From: Adineta vaga
Lineage: Eukaryota > Animalia > Rotifera
DNA: 64,000 bases
Reading direction: 5' to 3'
Assembly: GCA_021613535.1 (NCBI GenBank)
Contig: CP075493.1
Span: 6,076,001 to 6,140,000, forward strand
The notes beneath the pieces are model-generated. The model made no database searches and was not told where the DNA came from. It saw only the letters and a program-made list of their open reading frames with translations. Of this stretch, positions 15,901 through 27,700 are shown piece after piece. The position numbers were made by a program, and so were the translations under genes. Position 1 is the stretch's first letter, and each line of letters begins with the position of its first letter.

Positions 15901-18900
15901 GATCGAAATAGAATCGTTTTGTTGTTGTTTATTTTTAGGGTTAAAACTAGAAAAAGATTTCTATAATGTCCAAAAAGATAAATTTAATATCTCCAAAGTT
16001 CCAGATATTTACGATTCAATTAAATATGATTTATTGCATAATAAAAATAATCTTCAATTTCCACATGCAGAAGATTTATATGTATGTTCAAAAGCTTTAG
16101 CTGATCTTGTTGTACCACAAGTAAACAAATTCTTTTAAATATTAAGGATTCTTTTCATGTTAAAAAAGAAATCTTTGTAGGAATATGGAATGACTGTCGA
16201 AGAGAAATTAAGTATTGCTCGTGGTATTGTCACACCATTATTACGGAAAATTCGAGCAGGTAATTATGCTTTTACTAGCTTAGAAATACTGATGATTAAG
16301 ATAAGAATAATTGCATTTAATGAATCGTAAAACTGAGAAAACATACAATTGATAAACATCTGTATCCTTCCTTTTCTTCATGACAGACGGAAATGTATTT
16401 TCATTGAAAAAAAAATTGATTTATATATTCATCAATCTGTTCCACTTTATTTCAAGTACATTTTTTAATATCAAAGATTAAATTATTTGAGTTTTATCAA
16501 AACGAGATAAGGATTGACACGTTATCTATTCTGAAATATTTATAGTTTAGTTGGTAAGGCAAAATAGAAAGTTTACCGAGTTGATTTTCTTGCTTTCAAC
16601 ATCAGTTCTTTTCCGTTTAATTTTAGATCTACAATGTAATCTAACCGGTGTTTTAACTCATGATGAACATGTTAATAAATTAGATCCAAGGTATGTACAT
16701 TGAATTGATACTATTGGAAAAACGAAAAAGCGATCTATTTGAATTGAATCTCCCTTGAAATAAATCATACTTCTATAGATATTTAAATCAAGTAGCTTCA
16801 GATAGAAAAAGGTATTTTCTTTTGCTTCAATGATTGAAAGAAATCAAACATTAAGTAATCAGACAATATGCATGACTATGTTATCACAACTAAAGAATCT
16901 ATTGAAATAATCTATCTCTTTATTAAGTTATTCGAAAGGTATTCAAACGCCTGGTCGACATGTTCGTACGCGATTATATTTTACTAGTGAATCTCATGTG
17001 CATTCTCTTCTGACAATTATTCGTTATGGTGGTCTATTAAATGTAAGAAAAAGAATGTTTCCTTCGATCATGATAAGAATGAAAAGATTTTCACGATATT
17101 TTCAGACACATACAGATGAACAATGGAAACGTTCAATGGATTATCTTGAAACAGTGTCAGAATTGAATTATTTAACACAAATTGTTATTATGTTATATGA
17201 AGATTCAAGTGAAGAAATCGATTCAGAAAAACGTTTTCATGTTGAATTACATTTTTCACCTGGTGCTTACGGCTGTTTTGATGTTCCACCTGAAGTAATG
17301 ACGATTTCAAATCACTGTCTGTTCAAATAATTCATTCTTCCTTTCTTTAGCTTGATTCCGTAACATCTGATGTCAATACAATTCGTACAGTTCTGCCACG
17401 AAGTAATCGAGAAGCCGCACATAGTCCACCACGAGATCAAACAAAAACTTTAGCAACTGACTCGGTGAATACAACATCATCACCGAAAACAATCAATCCA
17501 GTACCGACAATAATTACCGTCGACTGTGCTTCTCCACCAATGAATACGGAAAAAACGAATCCAAAAATGATCAAAGAACCATTTCCAATGAAAAATTTTC
17601 ATCGAAATAGTGATGGTATAATACCAAGTTGTTCATCGGAACCAGCAGATTATGAAGAGATTCATTCAACTTCTGCACCACGTACGTTTTGCTTCTTGAT
17701 TGTTAAAATTGAATTAATTCTTTCACATCTTTGTTTTTCTAGGTTCATCTCATTATGATAATTATCTATTAAAACCTAAATCTTTAGACAATAATGAATC
17801 GAAATTACAACGTAAGTTCTTTTAGTTTCACGTAGTACATCTGTTTAATTTACTTAATAACACTTCTATCATATCGAGAAACGTCAGGAATGTGTTTTTG
17901 GCTGTATTGATTTGAAGAGAGAAGATATAATGATATTCTTGCTTCATATTCATACTTCTAGACTTAACTGGACAACCGTCCGAACCACTCTCTGTATTCT
18001 CATCGGAGATACGACGCAACTCCAGTACAATACATGGTCTTTGTCCATCAAAAAGTCATGCTCAATTAAGTTTATTATCTAACATAGAATTTTCCCGACG
18101 AAATTCTGGTACATCATTTATATGTATGAGGTGTAAAATAGAGAAAAAAGAACACACACACAACCGTATTTCATCCACCCTAACCTTGCTCATCTTTTGT
18201 CGAATGAACCTTTCTGTTTGATATACATAACAATGTTTGAGTAACTCTCCGTTTTCCCCCCTTATTAACTGCTGATTATTAAGAGGATGGCTTGAAAGAC
18301 TTCTCAACAAGAAAAACATCATATTCATATTGTATAAATCATTTTAGAATCGATCTTAACACACAATTATTACAATACAATTCATGGCGGTTCATCTGAT
18401 AAAAGAAAGTGTATGTTTATTTAGTAAAAAATATTATTTTATTCCATGTTTTTATTTGATATTTTTAGTACATTATGTTCCATTAACAAGTTTATTTAGT
18501 ACACGAGTGATTAGTGGTGCAAAATCAACACCAGATTTGAATAAATTACTCGAACGAAAGCAAGCTGGATGTATGTATACATGCATAATTTAGTACTTAA
18601 ATTGCCTTAGAGTCCGATATTAATTATGCGAATAGGAAAAGTTTTCTTTGTACACTTTCTCTATCGTTGAGAAAACACGTTAAGCAAATGATGTTTGACA
18701 ACGAATCGGATGAAAATTGAAGGCATCATTGTGCCAACTAAAGCATAAACTATATGATTAATTATTCATGGTCATTCAAACTAGATCTAAACAATATGAT
18801 TTTGTAGTACATTGACTTAATGTGGTAGGTGAGAATATCTCAATTAACTTCACATAAAGAAAAAAAATCTAAGTGCTAAATAATTCCACTAATACTAATT

Positions 18901-19481
18901 TCTTTGGTTATGTTCGTCGCACACAATTACTTAGAAGAAAATTTCTTATGTAACTAATCATCTTCTTTGTATAATAGCGCATGTCTAATTGCTTCTTAAA
19001 GTATTGAAATCTATGGTCAAAAAAGAAGAAGAAGAAGAAGAAGAAGTCTAACATTTTTCCTCTTCTTCTTCTATTTGATTTTCTTTTTGTTGTTTTAGTA
19101 ATCTGTTCAGAAACGACTCTTCTCGCACCGTTAGAAACATTAAATACTAATCTGAATTATAAAATTCTTGATGATTTTATTGCTAAAATGACTGGTACAA
19201 CATTCAAATTTCTATCGAATAATACTTCTACTATACCAATGTCACCACCACCTCTTTCATTACTTGATGGTTTGTTTTCATCTATGATTTCTATTGTAAT
19301 CATTTTCATGTGTATTTGTTTTCTAGTATCGACTAATCGTTTTAGTATCGAATCAGTTGATTGTAACAATGGACAATATGGTAATGATAAGAAAGGACGT
19401 GTTGGTTTTGTTAAAATTCCTCAATACTTAATCAATACAATCAATGAATTACCCGAAAAATCGATTGATGAAGAACATTAA
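12979..19481 (+). CDS. PPIP5K: Inositol hexakisphosphate/diphosphoinositol-pentakisphosphate kinase (VIP1/PPIP5K), about 20 exons
   Basis: ATP-grasp kinase motifs [56 protein letters not shown]; acid-phosphatase-like [51 protein letters not shown]-terminal low-complexity exons less certain. Confidence 0.95.
19023..19046. repeat. (AAG)8 microsatellite in a PPIP5K intron
   Basis: Read directly from the sequence. Confidence 0.9.
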
Positions 19482-20042
19482 AGGTGCTTTATTTTCTATT
19501 TGAATAACAAAACAAACATCGCTTTATTAAACCTAGTTCTTTTTAAAAGATTTCTTTCTTTTTTTTCGATTCTTTTTTAAATATACTTCTATTTTCATTA
19601 TATTTGTGTTTATACATATGTGTGAGTGTGTATGTGTCCATTAGATAATATATATATATATAAATAAACAAATCCAAAGTGTCTTCATTTTTTTTGATCA
19701 ATTTGTATTTATTAACGATGAAGACGTTTTTTGAAGTGGAAATAATTATTATTTCCTTTCCTGATGAATTTGTTTATTGAACATGAATGAAGTGATGGAG
19801 AATAAGTATTTGTAAAATCTTTAAAATAAACTATTGAATGTTTCATTTCTTTTTTTGTTCTTTGATTGACTCTTTGATTACTTTTTCAAACATTCGATGA
19901 TTTTGAATATTATATTGATTGATCTATGAAGAGGTTCACTAAAAATAAAACATACTCGATTAACCAATCATGTACAGAAGAAACCTTTCAAAATCAAATC
20001 GAAGGTTAGAAAATGACGTCTCATATATATATATATTTTTAG

Positions 20043-21601
20043 ATGAGTATTTCTTTGATCAATACTTTACAAATAACACAACGAAATTCCAAACATTTTC
20101 ATCGTTATTTTTCAATTAGTCGAAAAGCATTTCAACGTCAAGAAACAATTCCAAATATTTTCGATCGAGAAACAAAATTAAAACAACGCGAACGTACTTG
20201 TCTTGACCCGGAATATAAAGTCTATTCATATGTACATGAACGTGTTGCGCAAAGTCTTGTCGATCGAATCTTTGATATTAAACGGTAGATTGAATTGTCA
20301 ATATTGACATCTGTTCATATTCATTGTTCTTAGAACATTTCATTCTGCACTTGATCTTGGATGTGGACGTGGTTTAACAGCTAGTGAATTAACATCAGAT
20401 GTTATTAAACGTTTAACCATGATCGATAGTTCGGCACGTATACTTAATCAAATTCGCCCACCAGTTGATGAAAATGGACATAATGGAATAGAAATTTCAA
20501 AACAACATCTTGACGAAGAACAGATTCTTGGGGATGAAAATTCCTTTGATTTAGTATACAGTTGTTTGAGTCTTCATTGGATTAATGATCTTCCGGGTGT
20601 TTTTCGTCGAGTATTAAATGTATTAAAGAATGATGCACCATTTATTGGTAGGAAAGATTTGTTTGTTTGTTTGTTGAAATATTGAACATTTTATATTCTT
20701 AGGTGCAATGTTTTCTTCCGATACTTTATATGAACTTCGTGTTTCATTACAATTAGCAGAAACAGAACGTGAAGGAGTATGAAAATGAAATTAATCTCAA
20801 ATACAATCTTTTCGTTTTCCTCATAGGGTTTTTCTCCCCACATTTCGCCATTTGTTGAACCACCTGATATTGGTAGTTTACTTCAACGTACGGGTTTCAA
20901 TATTGTTACATTAGTGCGTAAATATAATCATACCGTCTTTTTTTTCTTCAAATATTATTATCGAAAACGATTTCATTCTAGTAGGATCTCGATGAAATTC
21001 ATATTGATTATCCCTCAATGTTTGAATTAATGTTTGATCTCAAAGGTCATATCAATATTGATTAATTTTAATTGAATTTTCATTGATGATTTACTTTTGT
21101 ACTTTTTTTAGGTATGGGTGAAAACAATTGTAGTCGAAATCGACGTTTAACATTAAAACGTGAAACGCTTCAAGCTGCCCAAGCAATCTATCAAAGTAAG
21201 TTTAACAACTCGAGAAAAAAACGCAAGATTATATCTTTGATTTATGATACAGATCATATACACATAATTATTCGTTTATTGCTTATATACTTAAAGTTAT
21301 AATCATAAACTTTCATATATACATAAAGATAACTGATCAAAGAAAGTTGTTTTTTTGTTTTATATAGATATGTATGGTAATCAAGATGGATCAATTCCAG
21401 CAACATATCGTATACTTTATTTTATTGGTTGGAAGCCAGATCCTAGTCAAGTGAATTATTTTATTTGCTTATAACGATCATAAAATTAGCAACAAATTCG
21501 TGTATGTGTGTTTTTTTATATTCTAGAAAAGTCCTGCAAAACGTGGCTCAGCAAATGTCTCTTTCAAGGATATTGACAAAGTTCTATCGGTGAAAAAATA
21601 A
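20043..21601 (+). CDS. NDUFAF5: Arginine hydroxylase / complex I assembly factor NDUFAF5
   Basis: [99 protein letters not shown]-terminus resembles a mitochondrial presequence. Confidence 0.95.
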
Positions 21602-24566
21602 ATCTGATGACCAACAGCTTGCTTCTGTGTGTGTGTGTGTGTATGTGTGTCTGTTCTTACTATCCTTGACACGCTCGTGTTCTTCTTCTTATTCTTTTTT
21701 TTTTATTAACAAAGAAAGAAAAACCAACGACAACCACGTTCTTCGGCTATGACACACTTATCATTTAGTAGTCCTTTTTTTTCTTCTTTTTTTTTTAACA
21801 GAACAAAACCTACGTAGTGCTATTAAAGAAAAGGAAAAAAGTGCAAAAGAAAAATAGAAATAATAATGTTGATGATGCTGAAAGCATGAGGAAGATAGAA
21901 GAAAAGAAAGAACATTCATCTTATTGCATATAATGTTCGATTTCTCTTCTCTCTCTCGTTTTTTTTTGCGACTTGTGTGTTTTTTGAAAAGATTGTCCTG
22001 TATATGTTGGCTGCCTGCCGACATTATTTGCTGCTGCTACTACTACGACTGCTGCTGTTGCAACTAGCGTCAATATTATTATATGCACGCGTATGTAAAA
22101 AAAAAGAGAGAACAGAAGAAAGAACGTGAACTATGATGACGACGTTGCCGGTAAGAAAAACTACCCTGTATAGGACGTTTGTTTTGTTTCTCTAACCATT
22201 ATTATGAGTATCCACTGTCCATTCACATGGAGTTATAAAAAATCTATTCGATCATTGGTCTGTTAGTATATATATATATACACACAGAAAGAGAGAGGGA
22301 GACAGACTTTCAAACATTCGATTGAATATATGCGTATGTATATACGTAGTATTATTTAACAAACGAAATCAAGACTACGTATGCAAAAAAAAGACAGGAT
22401 AAAGTATATAGTTTTGAAGCAATAACAATTCTTATTTCATTGCATTGTTGACAAACGTTCGAGTCTCAACTTTTATAGTCACTCCATAAAGTAATCGAAC
22501 GAGGGAGAACAAGACAGAGAGAGCGAAAGATTTTTACAATTCTGGATATTATTTACTGGTAACAGATACATGTCTCAGAATCAGTCACAGGCATTTCTAT
22601 AGTACCAGAAGTATGCCATATTTTGGAATCCAAAATGAGATCGTTCTATTTGCATTTGAATTCATATAGTATTCGTTGAGTTGAATGGGTCAAGAACTCT
22701 ATCATTCAAAGAATTATTATTGTTATTGTTTTGATAATGTAGAAAAGAGGAAGGAAAAGAAAATGAACGAAAGTTGTCATTGAAAACAAGAAAAAACTGA
22801 TGTTGATTTATGTTTATACAGACTCACATCCATTCTCCATTAACATTTTTCTACTTTTGTTCCTTCCTTCTATACTTTTCATAATATATAAAATCATGCG
22901 TTGATTTTTTTTCTTCTTCTTCTTCTTCTTAAGATTTGCGTAATATTCACGCTTTGTGCCAAGTCAAATGAAAATATGAGAGGGTAAAAAGAAAAGAAAG
23001 AACGAGAGAGAGAGAGAGAGGGAGAGTTAATCAGATTGCAGGTGATGTAAGACTATGGCGGTGAACGAATTCAATACATCTTGGCGCGCGCGAACGTATT
23101 CGATGACACAATCGGAACATTCGAAACCACAAATCTTTCTCCTTCTTTTTTTTACATGTTGTCACAAACGGTATTTTATGATTCGCTTGTTCAAATCATC
23201 GTCAATTTATTGTCCCCAGTACGTGTACAATTGTATAGTGTCGTAAATATTTTTCTTCTTCTCACTCATCAAGTCGTATTTTACTTGTTATAGTCATTTT
23301 TCTCGATTTGTGGTCAATCGTATCATGAATAATGAATCTACTAGTCTAGTTCTCTTCTTTTCAACGGCATGCTATGTGACGAGAAGAGGATCAGTCAATA
23401 ACTTACCGAAGCGTACCACGCACTATTCGGGACTCCACTTATGTGCGTCAATATTTACTCATTTAAATCAGCATCATTCTTTCTCTTTCTGTTTCGGCTT
23501 TTTTTTTCTTCTTTCGTTTCGAAATCGTTTCGTCTTGATGTTTTCAATCGAACTAGTCACTTGTAAGTGCATAGTTTTCTTCATTTTCTTTTTCTTTTTT
23601 CCTTTACATTTTTATTATCTTATCTGATGCATTTGTGTGTACGTCGAAGGACGAACCTTGAATAGTGGACAACACTAAGTGAAAAAACAGTCAGTCAGAC
23701 ATAGACAGACATGTGTAGGATTAAGATATGAAATTAGCACGTCGTCGACTGTCAATTTGTTTTTGTCTTTGTGTACTTGCTTATCGCATTTATTCGTTCT
23801 TAATCGTATTTTTTCAATTTGCATTCTGTTTACGTGAAGATGGAGAAGATGAAATGAGTAAGATGTCGACGACCTTTTGTATGTGAGAAAGAAAGAGTAG
23901 GCGACATACATATATATATATGTATATTCATCGAATGGATATGTATATATAAGTATAAGTATATGAAATGATGAAGTAAAATTTCAACTTCATCATTATA
24001 TGTATTGTTGTCATTATTGAAGATATTTGAGTTTAAAAAAGAGAATAGTTCGACTTCATCTGTTTCCATTTACCTTCAACATCACATACGTACATATATA
24101 TATATATATATATACGCCACCCACAAAAGACGGTGAAACATTTCGTTATTCTTCGATTTCAAAAGGTAAATATGTGTAGAGATGGTCTCTCTTCTTCATC
24201 TTTTATTTTCTCTTTGCATCTCTCTTTCTCCTTCTTTTTTTTTATATGTCATCTTGATACGTCTGTGTATGATTGTGCAGTACTTATCAGCCTGGTTCGT
24301 TTGCTTGATAGACAGAAAAGGGGAGAGGGAGAGAGAGAGAAAAAGAGAAAAAAAAAGACTTTGTGGTTACAAAAAGATTAGCAATACGAAGAAGACGAAG
24401 AAGGACATATTATTTCGTTGTCGATCGCTGCTACATGTACAGTACAGGTAAAGAAGTGCCAATGAACATATATATGCGATATGCAAGAGAAGAGAGAGAG
24501 AGAAAAAGCCAAATATATTGCACTGAATGCTGCCGTCTCATGTCTGGTCTCGTATTGCGACCATTG

Positions 24567-24604
24567 ATGTATGTATGTATGTATGTATGAATGAATGAAT
24601 GAAT
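24567..24604. repeat. Compound (ATGT)n(ATGA)n microsatellite upstream of the PDZ gene
   Basis: Read directly from the sequence. Confidence 0.85.
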
Positions 24605-24795
24605 ATAGTCGTCTATATTCTTAATTGAAATGATACGTAGGTATACGTACGTGTATGTGTGTCTATATGTACATATACATATACGATATATATAATCCAT
24701 TTCGATAGTTTCTTTTCTAGATGTTACCACCTGTATTCTATTGGTAAATTGTAGTGATTTTTTTTTGACAAAGAACGAAGTGAAAAAACCTCACC

Positions 24796-27700
24796 ATGGC
24801 AAATCTAAGTGATGCCGATCTGATACGTAATGCGAATATTCGTCTATGTCAATTACGTGTTTGGCCAAATTTCAGTGGACTTGGTTTTAATCTTGAAGCA
24901 TCTCCTCGACCACCACATGTAATTCGTCTTGTGGAATCAAATAGTCCAGCAGCTGCTGGTGGTTTAAAAATTCTCGATGTTATTTTGAATGTTAATCAAG
25001 AAGACGTGTCAAATGCTGAATATAGTCAAGTTCGAAATGCTATTGCTGCAGCACGTGATACCAGCGCACCAATTGAATTACTTGTTGTTGAACAACGTTT
25101 TTATAATGAATTAAAAAAGCGAAATATTGACATTAATCGTTCAATGGCAACAACTATTAGTACACCAGTAATTATGCCAAATGAATATGCCAATTTTCCT
25201 AAAAACCAACCACGTACATGTCAAATTCGTTTATCAAAGTCGGAACCAACATTTGGTTTTGAAGTTGTCAATGGTGAAGGTGATGTTGGTGCTTATATTC
25301 AAGAAGTATTTCCAAATACTCCAGCAAGTAGAACATCTCTACGTAAAAGTGATAGAATTATCGAAATTGATGATAAAGTTGTTGATAAAGATGTCAGCAA
25401 ATCTATATTAGAAAAATTAGGTAAAGCAAGAACAAAAGGTGCTGTGAAATTATATGTTATGGATACGAATACGTATAAATATTATATACAAAATAAAATG
25501 ACTTTATCATCGAAAGGAAAACGCAAAAGTCAATCAGCAGAAAGAGCAGCTGATAATCAATATTATTCTAGAGAACGAGATTGTAAGTATCCTTTAATTC
25601 AAAAAAGAAGTCTTCACATATATATATATATATATGAATAATCTAATCAACCTTGAATGAATATTTACTCACAAAAGAAATGAAAATTGATAGGTTTTGT
25701 ATCAGTTTTCAGTAGTTATATATATATATATATATGTATGAGAAAAAGGAAATTATTCATATAATCCTTCTTTTTTCTCATGTAAAATGACAACGATTAT
25801 GTCTTCCACTTCAGCACCAAGTATCCATAGTGGCGGTAGTCAACCACCACCATCGAATGCATCAACAATACGTGAGACTTCACGAGTAAAAACACCAAGC
25901 GTACCAGATTTATCAAGAACAGATCGATCACAAGTTCCACCAACAATTATTCCTATGCCAACAATACCATTAGCTCGTGAAGATATTCGTTTATGTACAA
26001 TTAATCGAGCTGATCCTACGGACACATTTGGTATTGAATTGAATTATCATCGTCGAGAACAATTTCATTCATTAAATATTACAGCTGGACGTGATAATGG
26101 ACCGTCAAGTAAGAAACAATATAACGATTTTCTTCAAAATAAGTACTAGAAGTTATTTCAAATATTTACGATGGAGATTTATTTATGAGATATTTGAGGT
26201 GAATGTGTTTTTTTCTACTTATTTCGAAAGAAAGATTCTTATCAGTTATAAAGGTTAAGAATGTGTTTAGATCTTTGAGTGTAAAAGTAAAAGAATTCGT
26301 TCAAAGATACGTTTGATAAAGGATTGTAATAAGGGGAAAAAAAGGCAAAAAAGTAAAATATGCAAATTTAAATAGATAGATAATAACTAGCAGGAATATC
26401 TTGTCATAGATGATCAATGTAAAAGAGTGACAGAAAATGTTATTTTTATTTCCACATACTCTATCTTCAAACTAAGATCGATAAGTAATGAAAATTATGG
26501 GAGAATAACAGATGTTACAAAAGTATCTTTTATTCTTTTTTTGAAGATGCTGAACTTGCTGGTATTAAAACTGATGATCGTCTAATTGAAATCAATGGTG
26601 TTAATATTCAAAATTTTGATCATGAACAAGTAACACAACGTATACGTGCTGTTCGATATCCTGAACCATTAGAAGTATTAGTTGCTGATGTTCCAACATA
26701 TGATTATTATAAACAACAACAGAAACTTATTCATCGTGGTTTACCAAATGTTAGAATTATGTCACCAAATCGTCCAGCTCGGTCTGTTTCACCATCTTCA
26801 TCACGTCGTTGTATGTATTTTTTTTCCTGCATTAAAACGAAATGATGATTTTTATAATTTCTAGCAATCGATATACGACCTTCAACAACAATTACGCGTG
26901 AACAACCAACTCCGCCCATTTTAAATACATTTGGTCAAAAACCTCATTCGACTGTTTTAGCAGATTTAACAAATAGCAATCCTTTATCACCTCCAATGCC
27001 ATCACAACCAGCCTCATCATCATCATCATCATTATCATCAATTCAACCACGCCATATTCCTATACGCAAAGATTCTCATTTATCTAACGGTGTTGGTTTT
27101 AATTTCCGTACCGTTACCAATGATTCATCATCTAGTACACCATTCAGTCATATTGTTACATCAGTTGACAATTCGAATTCGATTGGTTCTCAAGGACTTC
27201 GTATAAATGATTATATTCTATCAATTAATGATGAAAATGTTGAATATTTAAACCATGATCAACTGGAAGATAAATTACGACGAATAAATAATAGTGAAAC
27301 TATCCGTTTATTAGTAACAGATGGAAATGTTTATCGTGCATATAAAGAGAGCACAAAGAATACAAGAACAAAACCAGATTTTATGGAACAACCCAAAGTA
27401 TCATCAACAAATACAAATACAAATTTACAACAAAAACCACGACAATGTTATCTTCAGCGTGATCCAGGTTTCGAAGGTTATGGTTTTCGTGTTCGTTCCA
27501 ATAATCAAAATGATAGTACACCACATCAAATTGTATCTGTTGAACCGTATTCACCAGCAGATGCTCAAGGTTTACGTGTCGGAGATTATATTTTACGTGT
27601 CAATAATCAAAATGTTGAACATATGAATCCGTTAGAGTTCAATCAATTAATGCAAACTCTAGTACGAAGCGATGCTGGACGGGATGGTACATTACTATTG

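Noticed and set aside
21761-24730. Many 60-105 aa ORFs in the track, also at 30389-31371 and 43531-44226
   Set aside because: Phe/Leu/Lys-rich translations of T- or A-rich and microsatellite DNA; no domain and no consistent splice structure.
25587-25595. GTATCCTTT, a U12-type donor consensus
   Set aside because: It overlaps a perfect U2 donor (GTAAGT at 25583) that gives the correct phase; no U12 branch site seen.
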